Source of the DNA: Ginglymostoma cirratum
Lineage: Eukaryota
Assembly (NCBI GenBank): GCA_024137785.1
Contig: JAHRHZ010000031.1
Span: forward strand, 3,643,725 to 3,707,724
DNA: 64,000 nt
Direction: 5' to 3'
Part shown: one piece after another, positions 39,815-52,179 of the stretch
How the letters are laid out: each line of letters opens with the position of its first letter
Position numbering within the stretch: position 1 is the first letter of the stretch
The notes under the pieces: model-generated
The model's database searches: none
Told to the model about the DNA's origin: nothing
Seen by the model: the letters and a program-made list of their open reading frames with translations, nothing else
Translations under genes and position numbers: made by a program

Positions 39815-40070
39815 TAGGAATGCATGAGGAGGAGTAAACCATTCAATTAGATCGTGGCTGTTTGTCCACCTCTATGACTCATTCCTGCTCTATTTCCACA
39901 TCCCTTGATGTCATTAGTCTCCAGAAATCTATTGACCATGTTTTCATAGTCCTCTGGGAGAGTATTCTAAAGATTCACTACCCCAATTCCTTTTCACCTC
40001 AGTCCTAAATGGCTTGCCTCTTAATCTGAGTCTACATTCCCTAGTTCTAGACTCACCAGACAAGGGCATA
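39815..40070 (-). mobile_element. CR1 3' tail fragment
   Basis: ggaggagtaaaccattc..agatcgtggctg..cacctcagtcctaaatggc, similar to 43090-43400. Confidence 0.7.
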
Positions 40071-40084
40071 TAATTTTGTGTCTG

Positions 40085-40380
40085 TTTTTTAAATTCATTG
40101 GACATCGACATTACTGGCTAAACTAGCATTTAATGCTCACTCCTAATTGCCCAGAGGGCATTTATGAGTCAACGACTTTCTCTAGGTTTGGTGTTGCAGG
40201 TAGGTCCACCCAGTAAGTTTGGTAGATTATCTTCCCTGACATTTTTTTTAATAACAGTGATCACTATTAGACCAACCTTTTACTCCAAACTTTTTATTGA
40301 ATTCAGATTTCACCATATGCCATTGTGGGATTGAAACCTGTGTTCCCAGAATGTTACTCTGGGTTTCTGGATTACTAGCC
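40085..40380 (-). mobile_element. tRNA-headed SINE, same family as 4347-4697
   Basis: ggctaaactagcatttaatgctcactcctaattgcccagagggca...gtgggattgaaacctg...ctggattactag. Confidence 0.65.
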
Positions 40381-40653
40381 TGAGAAATTGCTTGGAAAGT
40401 GTTTTTGGACGTCTTGAGATTGTGCAAGGGGTCATAAAAATGAGACTTTTTTTTTTCTCTGTTCAATATCAGCTAAGGGTAATTCATTGTAGGGTTGTGG
40501 AGGGATGAGCTGAGGACTATTTTGGTGCTCCAAGGTACGAGATTATTTGTCATCTTTTTGAAAAGTAAGCTTTATTCCAAAATATTTGGTTTCTTTATAA
40601 ATATGTTTAAAAATGCCTGTGTTAACCGAATGTTTATTTCTTTTTGTTTGTAG

Positions 40654-40786
40654 CTATGTTATCAGTCAGATTCTGTCTGATCAACCCCGGGACACAATAG
40701 TGGAAAATATCCAAAATAAACTCACTGAGATCCAGGAGAGTGTTGTGAATGGTAGTGTACCCACAAGTCAGTTTGAAATTAACAAG
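40654..40786 (+). CDS. POLA1: POLA1 coding exon (133 nt): (N)[44 protein letters not shown]
   Basis: tttttgtttgtAG acceptor, GTaccg donor; first C completes AA|C (Asn) from previous exon; phase 2/0. Confidence 0.96.
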
Positions 40787-42699
40787 GTACCGTACCTTGA
40801 GGTCTTTTGTATTAGTAATTTTTTTAAGAAAAATATTATGCAATTTCCTGGGTAGTTGGGTTATTAGAATCCCACCATGCAATTATATTGCTTAATTTCT
40901 AGTTTGTCTGAAGGATCATGTTACACTGAAGTTAGATGATACTACACAACTATGTTTTGAGTTTCTATTATTCTTATTACAGCCGTAATGCTGCTCCTGC
41001 TGCAGTCAAAACATGTTTCTGATGATGAGGAATCCAGAATTGCAAAGCTTAGCAAATGTTTCTTCTGAGCTTTGGGTGTCGTACAATCCTGTTGCACTCA
41101 AAAAATTTTCTGAAAGTCAAATGTAGCTCCGTAAAACAGTTATTGTACAATGTTTGTACTTGTCCATTAGTTTTCTATGGCAATCAAATGTCTATTTGGG
41201 TGGAGGAAGACTTCTGTCTGTAACGTTGAAAATCAAAAGCAACCTCAAATAAAAGTAGCCATGTCTGTTTTATTCACACCCTTGGGTTCTCGTTACAGTG
41301 GTTGAAGAAATTTTGTAATGCGTGGATGTGCTAGCAGTGCTCTGACGTGGAAATGAAATACACAGTATCCCTATTCTTTTGCTATTTATGTTTAGTATGT
41401 TTACATTAGAGAAAGAATAGCTACCCAATGTAGAATGTGACACAGAAAGCAATCTTGGAATTCAGTTCCAGAGACGGAGCCCATGAAATGGACTTCTGAT
41501 ACTGCTTTATCTTGTGGCTCTTTGGGAACTGTGAGTTTCAGCTTGGTCCTTGCAAACTACCATTTCTTCTCTCCCATTCCTTCTCTCCCATTCCTTTCCA
41601 AAATTCCTAAATATGCAACCCCCTTTAATCCTCACTTATCTGCAGATCCCTCTGCCTCCTCTCTTCATCTTCAGTTTTGATTTTCCTTCCTTTTCCCACT
41701 GCACATGGTTGCTGTTACATTTGACATTAAGTATTATGTTGTTCTCCCTGCTTATATTCATTTGCAAATTTCAGTAAATGATGCATGTTCTCCCTGTCTG
41801 GGCATTGTACGCTGCTCCAAATCAACCTGGGCTTCAATGAGACTAAACTATGGATCATTGAAGAACCTCAATATTAAAAACCTTTTGCCTTACAGGATGG
41901 ACCACATGGTGATTGGCATATGTTTGCAGTATGTGTCAATAATCATATTGCCATTGAATGATTAATAAAGCAGCTAGAGTGGAATATAAAGTATTCCAGT
42001 ATGACCAATTTTCAGTGGTGGTCAGCGTTTTTTGCAGTGGAGAAAATTATTATGAAATAGGTGCCATATCTGACATTCTGGACAAGAGTGGAGTCCTGTG
42101 TGCAGTAGCTGATGCACATTCTGCACACAGCTAACGTTTTCAAATCCTATGAGCATGGAGTTATGGGTGGTCTGCCTGCTTCAAACATTATAACGATGTA
42201 GCCTTTCAAGATTCCCAGGAAACTCCAATGCGTAAATATCATTTAGGACCGAGTACTCTGGATCCCTGTTACTTCAAAACATGCAATGACTTATAGGGAC
42301 CTCCACTAAAACAGCATTGTTCGGTCTCAGATTTAAATTTACCCATCAGACAATTGTTTCAAAATCAGATGTTTTATGGATGTTTAATTTTTCACAATCC
42401 AGGTGACCATTGTGAACCAGTTTCAGGTGTCAATGCAAAATATTCAACATTGCGAAAGCTATAAAGAAATATAACTGAAGAAAAACCTTACTGATATAAT
42501 TCTAAAACATAGTTTGAATCCTAATCATTTTGAAAATAGGGAAGTAAGTGCCTGTGATGATAGTATACATTCATCTCAGAAGACCAAGGATTGTGTCATA
42601 AAATCACACAGTATCGAAGAGATTCTTCAGCCCATCAAGTCTGTATCACCAAAGCATTACTGTGTTCAGCAACTATGTGGTTGAACATTGTATTGTAGT

Positions 42700-45470
42700 T
42701 GTTGAGGCGAATCCATAAACGGCAGCCCTTTCAGGAGCTGGCACAGATAGTAGTGTTGACGCGAGATTGCTTGAGGTATTTGTTTGCCATTTGGCGAGCT
42801 TTCTTTTCTGCCATATGATGATACCTTTCATCCCCTGCTTTTTCCACATCCTTCCTGACCGGTTTTTTTTTTGTCTCTGTGCAATCTAGTCAACAGCTCA
42901 GATTCAACAACTCAACAGATTCCCTTGCTTCGACTGATCCCGGTCACCTTGGAGTCTCAGTTGCAGGCATCCTTGTATCACACAAGAAGGGGGAACAGCA
43001 GGCTCCCCACAGAGTATGGCTTTAGGAATGTAGCCATGACCACTCAGCTGCCATGATCCAACATCGAGTTATTGCTGACTGAACATAAGAACTAGGAGCA
43101 GGAGTAGGCCATCTGGCCCCTTGAGCCTGCCCCGCCATTTAATAAGATCATGGCTGATCTTTTTGAGACTCAGCTCCACTTACCCGTCTGCTCACCATAA
43201 CCCTTAATTCCTTTACTGTTCAAAAGTTTATCTAGCCTTGCCTTAAAAACATTCAGTGAGGTAGCTTCAACCGCTTCACTGGGCAGGGAATTCCACAGAT
43301 ACACAACCCTTTGGGTGAAGAAGTTCCTCCTGACTTCAGTCCTACATCTGTTTCCCTTTATTTTGAGGCGATGCCCTCTAAGTCCTAGTTTCACCTGCTA
43401 GCAGAAACAACCTCCCTGCCTCCACCTTACCTATTCCCTTCATAATCTTATATGTTTCTATAAGATCTCCCCTCATTCTTCTGAATTCCAATGAGTATAA
43501 TCCCGGTCTACTCAGTCTGTCCTCATAATCCAACCCTCTCAACTCTGGAATCAACCGAGTGAATCTCCTGTGCACCCCCTCCAGTGCTCGTATATCTCTT
43601 CTCAAGTAAGGAGACCAAAACTGCCCACAGTACTCCAGGTGTGGCCTCACCAGGACCCTATACAGCTGCAGCGTAGCCTCCCTGTTTTTAAACTCCATCC
43701 CTCGAGCAATGGCAGACAAAATTCCATTTGCCTTTTTAATTACCTGCTGTATTTGCAATCCTACTTTTAGCGATTCATGCACAAGGCCACCCAAGTCCCT
43801 TTGGCCAGCAGCGTGCTGCAATTTTTTCCCATTTAAAACATAGTCCATTTTGCTGTTATTCCTACCAAAATGGATGACCTCACACTTATCAACATTGTAC
43901 TCCATCTGCCAGACCTTTGCCCTCTCACTTAGACTATCTGTATCCCTCTGCAGACTTTCAGTGTCTTCTGCACACTTTGCTCTACCACTCACCTTAGTGT
44001 CATCTGCAAATTTTGACATACCACACTTAGTCCCCAACTCCAAATCATCTATGTAAATTGTAAACAATTGAGGTCCCAACACTGATCCCTGAGGCACACC
44101 ACTAGCCACTGACCGCCAACCAGATAAACACGCATTTACCCATACTCTTTGCCTTCTACTGGTCAACCAATCCTCTATCCATGCCAATACATTACCTGTA
44201 ATACCGTGCAACTTTATCTTATGTAGCAGCCTTTGGTGTGGCACCTTGTCAAATGTCTTCTGGAAATCCAGACACACCACATCCACAGGCTCCCCATTGT
44301 CCACCATGCAAGTAAAATGTGAGCAGATTTAATAATGAGTTTGTAACTTAAGAGCCTGGAGCGGAGTATCAGTATTCATAAACAGCTGTGACTCCCATCA
44401 ATCTCACCAAATCATTTTGTCCCTCTTAGAAAAATCAATAAGGCTCATTCTCGGTGAAGCACTCAGTGATGCAAGTAATTCAAAGAATTCCACCAAATTA
44501 GTTAAACATGACCTACCCTTCATGAACCCATGCTGGGTGTTCCCAATGGGACAATTTATATCCAGATATCTTGCTATTTCTTCCTTAATGATAGATTCAA
44601 GCATTTTCCCCACTAGCAAAGTTGAGCTAAGTGGCCTATAGTTACCTGCTTTTTGTCTACTTCCTTTTTTAAACAGTGGCATCACATTGGCTGTGTTCCA
44701 ATCTGTGGGAACCACCCCAGAGTCCAGTGAATTTTGGTAAATAATTACTAGCGCATTTGCTATTTCCCCCATCACCTCTTTTAGTACCTTGGGATGCATT
44801 TCATCAGGGCCAGGAGACTTGTCTACCTTTAGCCCCATTAGCTTGCCCAGCACTGCCTCCTTAGTCAAAGGGTGAACATATTGAGAATTCCTGCAGGCTG
44901 ATGTATTTGCATCAATTCAGCACTTTGTTGTCCTCCAGGGGATGCCCAGTTTTCACCTGAGGCTGTGAAGTTGGAAGCTATTCAGCTGCTTTACTTTGTT
45001 TACATGAATTGGCCATGCTTTGCTACTGTAAAGGAGGGTGCTGAGAACAAAAACCGGGTACACACCAGGCCTTGTATTTTTTGCTAGTTTGTTGTTGGCC
45101 CGCATGTAATTTCTCAATTTTGACATTACATCTGCACCCTTAGAAATCCTAGTACTGAATTTGGCATCAAAGGTTAGCCTGCTGGTATCTGTTGAGCTAA
45201 GACAATGTGAAGCTGTCAACAACCATTTGCATGAAGTTGTTAATATTGATTTGGTGCACAGTGGAGTCTGTACTTTCTGGCCCCTAACTTTGGTCTCCCT
45301 GATGCTGATTGTTAGTCCACACTCTTTGCAGGCCTGGGAGAACAGACCTGCACACTGCTACAAGTGAACTTCAGTATGGAATATCAGTGTGACATCATCA
45401 CTAAATAGCAACTCTCAGATCTAGATATTACACACTTTTTGGTCTTTGCTAAATTGAAAAACATACTTCA
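42700..45470 (-). mobile_element. Old RTE-clade LINE split by a younger CR1 insertion
   Basis: ORF 44953..45222 STRISKG..MSKL..VYPVFVLSTLLYSSKAW..QLNSFQLHSLR; C-terminal GYIPKAILCGE remnant at ~43000-43035 on the other side of the CR1. Confidence 0.75.
43081..44868 (-). mobile_element. Young 5'-truncated CR1 LINE with long intact RT frames (154 aa and 309 aa ORFs)
   Basis: KSPGPD, NYRPLS, QHGFMKGRSCLTNLVEFFE, LDFQKTFDKVPH, GVPQGSVLGP, FADDTK; 3' tail at 43081; 8-bp TSD TGAACATA at 43080-43087 and 44873-44880. Confidence 0.96.
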
Positions 45471-45880
45471 GTCCTGGAGTGCCGATGAATAACTTTATTT
45501 GACTCACGAAAAGTGTACAGTCGTTGGATACAGCACAGAGCATGTTTTGACCCCAAAACATTTTGCAAACTGAAATAAGTATTTATTTAAAATTTGGTCT
45601 TGGAATAACAGAAGTTCTTCAGCGTAAAATGTGAAACAAAACTTGTAATTTCTGACTGCACAGTGGTGATGTCAGTTATTGACAAAGTGGTTGGTTCACT
45701 GTTACGAAAAGAAAATGCAAAGCACAAAGAAGTGCTTCACCGAGAATGAGCCTTATTGATTTTTCTAAGAGGGACAAAATGATTTGGTGAGATTGATGGG
45801 AGTCACAGCTGTTTATGAATACTGATACTCCGCTCCAGGCTCTTAAGCTACAAACTCATTATTAAATCAGCTCACATTTT
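44314..45880. repeat. 150-bp inverted repeat pair (44314-44463 / 45731-45880), 148/150 identical, 1267-bp spacer
   Basis: Manual reverse-complement alignment shows two substitutions and no gaps. Confidence 0.97.
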
Positions 45881-47499
45881 CACAAATATATAAAACTCAT
45901 CACTGCAAGCTTCCCACAGCCTGGCAGAAACAAATGCCAAGACTTTAAACTGCTGTTGGGATTTTTTAAGTTGTAATCCTGGGCAATCCAGAAGTGAGTC
46001 TCATGTCAGCAGATTTATTTATCAAGGAGAAATCCAAAGTCAAGTGGAATTTGGTTAAAATCTATTGTCTTTTTAAAATGTGAGGTAGTAAAATAGTGCA
46101 AATAAACAGAATGTGGTCAGTTTACTTACTGCATATTTTCGGTTTTCTTATGTGTATATGAATAAATTATGGTATTCCCAGGCCAGCATGTAGTTGTGAT
46201 TATGGCTCCTAATGGCTGATGGATACAATTTGCAGTTTTGTTTAACCAATAAAGCACTTTTAACCTGTATTTTGTTGAAAGTCTGCAGATGCACAAGTCC
46301 ACAGCAGCAATCTATGATTAACGGGCTGTGGTTTAAGTTATTGAGCTGATGGGGAGAGTTCATTGGGAGATGGGCAACACTTGTATAGTGTCTGCAGGGA
46401 GGTTAAATACAGCTTGTTTTTAATAAAATAGCTTCAGCTGTGATTTTGGTATAAAATCAACTGAAGCTAGTGTTTTACAGCTTACTGACAGTGACTTCAC
46501 ACAGATGTTGCTCTTCAGGGACTTTCAGTAGAATGTAATACAGCCTGAACTTTAAAAAAATATAGCAACAGACAATGCAGACATTAAAAGAAAGATTAAA
46601 ATTAAATCTTGAGCATTCTGGTTATTTATGCGGGTGATTTTTATTTTGGAGATAAAAATGCAAAGTAAGGTTTGTAGCGAGTATTTCTATTGATACTTAT
46701 ATGTTGACCCTTTTACATTTTCATTCCAGAGAATGATTTTATTTAAATTCACCCTTACCCAAACAACATCAGTATTATTTCTCATCATCATTTTGACCTG
46801 CAGCTTCCATATTTAGACAAAGTGACTTGGCAGCAAGTACATTGCAAAAAATTTTTGTATTGGAGATGATGTCTACCATTACCTTTGTCTCGATTAAAGG
46901 CATGGCCAACAGCTTGTTGAGATAATAGCGAATGCACAAGGTCAGGATCAAAGGAGCAGAGCGATTGCATGCATGTTTGGGTGACTTGTGGTATGACTAG
47001 AGAAAATTGCTGAGATAAATATTTAAGGACTAGCAAAAAACTAGCAATGAAAGGTGTATAAGAGTGTGTTCAGTAGTCATTAAACAATAGGATAAACATT
47101 AATGTATAGAAGGAGGATAATGGGTAGATCACTGTGGTCTCCTGCGTTGAAGTGGTAGGAAGAGAAGTCGTTAGTGGAAATTGTCGGGCGATCGGGAGGT
47201 ATGCATTTTTTTGCATTGCGTTGGCCAAAAGCAAATTGAACTCTGGTCAGTAGTGTACAGTTTCTTTTCATAATGAAGTTGTCACCTCAGAACACTTTGC
47301 TTCCCATCAGCCGTACTCTATTATATGTACAGAATGTAAAACTCATTTCTAAATAATTCCCAAGCAGTCCTTTGTGTGCATTTTCTAAGCTTACTTTTTA
47401 AATGACTTAGTATCAGCAAGAAGTTGGATAGCATAGCCCTGTCACCATTTGGCTAACTTTAATTTAATTAAGGTTTGTATGCCAATGGCATAGTTAAAC

Positions 47500-48385
47500 A
47501 TTGATGTGAATGTGGAGAATCAAAATTGGTGGCAGAGTAGACAGTGAAGAAGGCTACCTAAAGGTTATCTAAGATTACAAAGATCAATTGGGTCAATGGG
47601 CTGAGGAGTGGTAGATGGAATTTAATTTGGATAATTGAGGTATTGCATTTTGGTAAAACAAACAAGGGCAGGACTTATGCAATTAATGGTAGGACCCCTA
47701 CCATTAGGTAGTGTTGTAGTACAGAGACCTAAAGCTTCAGATACATAATTCTTTGAAGTTTGATTCACACGGAGACAGAGGTGGCTAAGAAGGTGTTTAG
47801 CATTTGTCTTCATTGTTCAGATCTTTCAGCATAGGAGTTGGGATGTCATGTTGAGGTTATGTAGGACATTTGTAAGGCCATTTCTAGAGTACTGTGTGCA
47901 GTTCTGGTTGTCCTGCTACAGGAAGAAAATTATTAAGTTAGATTTCAGAAAAGATTTATCAGGATATTGCTGGGAAGGGAGTAATATGAGTTATAAAAAT
48001 AGGCTGGTATTTTTTTCACTGCAGTGCTGGAGGTTGAGGGGTGACCTTTATTAGAGGTTTATGGAATCACAAGGGGCATAGATAAAGTGAGCAGCAAGGT
48101 TCTTTTCCCTTGGGTAGAGGAGTTCAAAACAGGAGGTATTTTTTAAGGTGAGAGGAGAAAGTTTTAAAAAGGACATGAAGGCACCTTTTTCACGCAGTGT
48201 TTCGTGTGTGGAATGAACTACCAGAGGAAGTGATGGATGCAGGTGCAGTTACAACATTTAAAAGACATTTGGGTAAGTACGTGAACAAGAAAGATTTGGA
48301 AGGATTTGGGCCTAGTGTCTTTTGGGAGCATGGACTAGTTGGACCGAAGGGTTTGTTTCCATGCTGTATGACTCGATTACTCTGT
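47500..48385 (+). mobile_element. CR1/HER1-type LINE 3' fragment
   Basis: MLRLCRTFVRPFLEYCVQFW, RVWNELPEEVMDAG; same family as 7270 and 10505 copies but opposite strand. Confidence 0.88.
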
Positions 48386-48635
48386 TTTCAGTAGTGTCGA
48401 ACTGGTTGTCTAACTCAACATTGTTTACGCAATTATTGTGGTAAGCAGGCAGTGACAAACAAGTATAAGATATTAACGTAATATTAGAAGAGAGAATTGG
48501 TAGCAAAAGAAAAATAGCATGTTTATAAACTGGGAATTTGGCTTCTGTGGGTGTGTCTCTCCCCCTTTTGTCTGTACATTATTGGTGGAATAAATTAAAG
48601 TTCTGATTTTACTTGTGTTTGTTTTATTGCTGTAG

Positions 48636-48788
<153 letters not shown>

Positions 48789-49407
48789 TGAGCCTAAATC
48801 CTGTCAGAATGAATGTGCTGTCAGCTGTATGTTGACTCACAGTTTGAGCCTTGAAGTTTCATCAGGAGTTGCAGTTGCAATACTGAGTAACTGGTCTCCA
48901 GCTAAAACTGATTTTCCTCTCCCAGTGAGTGGATTTTGGAGAAATTATACTCAGAAAATTTGAGTATTGATGCCTCAAAAATTAACTAGAGTCCAGAAGC
49001 GTTATTGAGTACTACTGTACTTCAAAGAAATATTAATTATTTTACATTTTAGAAAGTGCTGAAGAACCTAATTAATTTGTCAAGTGATATGCATGTTAGG
49101 TGTACTTAGATTGCAAGAGAAGGACAATTTGTTGATAACCACAAAACTGCACCCACTGTAAAAACAAAGTTAACCTTAAACTGCAAATTGGTGTATATCT
49201 TAGCTTATTTTTCAGAATAGTGGAGTTAGAGTGAACAGATTCTGTTTGCAAAAAGCATGCTTAAGGACTTTGTACATTTTAAGTTTTAGGATAAATTGTT
49301 CAATCAGTAATAATGAATATTCCCTTTTATATTCTCCTGACTTTAATTAATTTGTTGTCCTTTAGTTTAATAATGTTTGTAACTTAATGTTTCTTGTGCT
49401 TCTGTAG

Positions 49408-49582
49408 GATGGCTCAAACCTTAGTGCTAGCCAGCGAGCCTATGCACCAGAGCAGCTGCAAAAACAGGAAACCTTGTCCATTGACACACAATATTACCTC
49501 TCGCAGCAAGTGCATCCAGTCGTGGCTCGAATCTGTGAACCTATTGATGGAATAGACTCTGCACTGATTGCAACTTTGTTGG
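49408..49582 (+). CDS. POLA1: POLA1 coding exon (175 nt): [58 protein letters not shown](G)
   Basis: tttcttgtgcttctgtAG acceptor, GTaaga donor; IDxxYYL-QQ-HP-V-R motif; phase 0/1; next exon not found in the window. Confidence 0.97.
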
Positions 49583-49816
49583 GTAAGAAAATGATGAGTC
49601 AATAGCCAATCCCATTGTTTCTCTGTTGTAATGTGTCATAGTTTATTCACAGTCACGATAAGATATTTGGTTTATTTACTTCATCCAACATTTTGTTTCC
49701 CAGTCGGAAGACTAGGGATACAGCTGGTTTTTATATTGAGTACCTGAGCCAGTCAAAAAGTTGAATGGATTTAGATTTAGGGTAATTAGCAAAGGAAGGA
49801 GAGATTTGTTTAACTA

Positions 49817-50643
49817 ATGCCCAAACATATCACCCAACCAATCTCCGCATCCAATATATCATTCTCCGCCACTTCCACTACATACAATCCAACCCTTCAG
49901 CCAAAGAGATATTTCCCTCCACACCCCTATCTGCCTTCCAGAGGGATCGCTGTCTCCGCAACTCCCTCGTCCACTTCACATTCCCACGACCCCCGACACC
50001 TTTCCCTTCAACCGCAGGAAGTGCTACACCTGCCCCTACACCTCCCCACTCACCTCCATTCAAGGCACAAAATAAACCTTCCATATCAGACATGGGTTCA
50101 CCTGCATGTCCATCAACTTGGTCTACTGTATCCGCTGCTCCCGATGTGACTCCTCTACATTGGTGAGACCAAGCGTAGATTCGGAGACCATTTTGTGGAG
50201 CATCTGCGTTCTGTACGCGACAAATGGCAACACCTTCCGATTGCAAACCATTTTAACTCCCCCTCCCACTCCCTGGGTGACACGGTCATCCTGGCCCAAT
50301 GGCCTAAATGTGGAATTCACCAGTTTTAAAATCACTCCACCCCCAGCCTCATCTCATGTCCCAGTCTCCCACTCATCCCTGCCTCCTTGACCTGACACAA
50401 CCTGTCCATCCTCTCTCCCACCTATCCACCCCTCCCATCCCACTGACCAACCCCTACCACTCCCTACCTGCATTCACCTATCTTATCCAATCGCACCCCT
50501 CCTCTCTCTCTTTATTTCTGAGCTAAGTGTCCCAACCTGAACTGTCACCTTTCCTGCTCCTCTGATGCTGTTTGGCCAGCTGTGTTCCTACAGCTCCACA
50601 CTGTGTTATCTCTGACTCCGGCATCGGCAGTTCTTGCTATTTC
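49817..50643 (+). mobile_element. Penelope-like element 3' part (Zn-knuckle linker plus GIY-YIG endonuclease), inserted into an old CR1 tail
   Basis: NRRKCYTCP, NLVYCIRCSRC / LYIGETKRRFGDHFVEHLRSV, IANHFNSPSHS, GLNVEFTSFKI; flanking near-duplicate TGTTTAA(C/T)TA at 49807-49816 and 50644-50653. Confidence 0.9.
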
Positions 50644-52179
50644 TGTTTAATTAGTTAGTTGTTGTGGTCTGGAATGTGTTGCTCAAAAGGATGATGAAAG
50701 CAGGTTCAATTGTAACTTACAGAAGGTAATTTGATATGAACCTGAAAATGTGCAGCAATATGGAACGTCGGGCAATACAGGATTGGATAGTTCTTTCACA
50801 GAACTGGCCTTGGCATGATGAACCAAATGACACCTCCTGTGTGGTCTAAGATTCTATGGTTGTCTTCTTTTTCTGGTGAAGTAGTTAGTGTCAGCTAATG
50901 TCAATACATTGTCTGAAAATATGACAGTCAGCTCCACCCTGACTGGGTGACGGGACAGACAGATGGCTAAGGTTTCCATTTGTGTTCTGTCGCCAGATCT
51001 GTTTGCATTATATTTGTGTGAATCTTGACTAAAGGTGTAATCAGGTTTGACTGTGATGTCACTTGGTGTTGGAAATGTGCCACCTATGTTTGTATTTTAC
51101 TAATGGCCATTTGAGTTGTAGCCTGTAATCCACACCCCGTGCTGGTCCAAAGGTCAGTGCTGCCAAGGGAGATAGGAGAATTCATCCAATATCAACTGTA
51201 CCTCAGATAAATACTCAGCCTAGAGCTACTCAGACCTGTAAAAGGTCCTGATTTGATCCCTGATCTTTGCCAAATTCACTGACCTGGGAGACTGGCTTGT
51301 GACATGATATTTAATCTGTGTCCCATACCCTGAGAGATATGAAATCCACCAGGTTCGTTCGTATTGCTGTGAGTTGCTCACTAGCTGCTACATCTGGTTT
51401 TAATGTGTAAAGTTTGGAGGAGGGCAGGATCGCATTTTGGCTGTGGTGCTGTGAAAACAAATGGCAAACGAAAAGTTAGGATCAATGCTGCCATCTTTAT
51501 CCAGATCCATGGTGATTGATGCTTGGCTTTGCATAATTCCTGATCTTCTCTTAACAGAGTATTGTAACGGTTAGCTAATTTTTTGTGGGATGACTTAATT
51601 TATAAATTATCTCTTTTTTTAAAAAATTATTCCTTTCAATGATATTGTTCTTCATCAGTCTGTATTGCTGGTGTTATTATCTGTGGGGGCAAGGGTACAA
51701 AATACAAATTTTATCATGTTATTTTTGTAGTTTCTAGTTGCAATCATTGTTAATATTGAGAAAATGCAGAGATCAGATAATCCATTTTCAGCTATTGATT
51801 CAATAGGCTCCCCCCTTGAAGTAAAAGTGGTTAGACACGAGGTCTGCACATATGAGTGATATACAAATTTGTTCGTTGATAGCATTATCTACTGAAGAGG
51901 ATGTTTCTTGTCCAAATACTTGAGAGAAAGAACAAACTTGTATGCATTGAAGAATTTCAAGGCCCATTGAAACTATTCCAGGTCAGCTGTGGAGTTTAAA
52001 AACAGAATAAATCAATGTGACCTGGCATAAAGTAACCTCGATTAAATTTACCACATTTTGGAAAGTACTTTCACAAAAACTTCCAAAATAAAATTCCAAG
52101 CTAAACATCTCATGGTCTGACAACACAGTTATGACTTTATTCAGAACTTTGTTTGTGAATTTAATCTTTCCTATTTAGA

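Noticed and set aside
43378-44307. 309-aa ORF as a host or novel reverse transcriptase gene
   Set aside because: It is the C-terminal part of CR1 ORF2 in a 5'-truncated, interrupted copy with no endonuclease domain or promoter
44314-45880. DNA transposon/MITE with 150-bp terminal inverted repeats
   Set aside because: The CR1 continues collinearly on both sides of the left arm, the duplication flanks the left arm only, and no TSD flanks the pair
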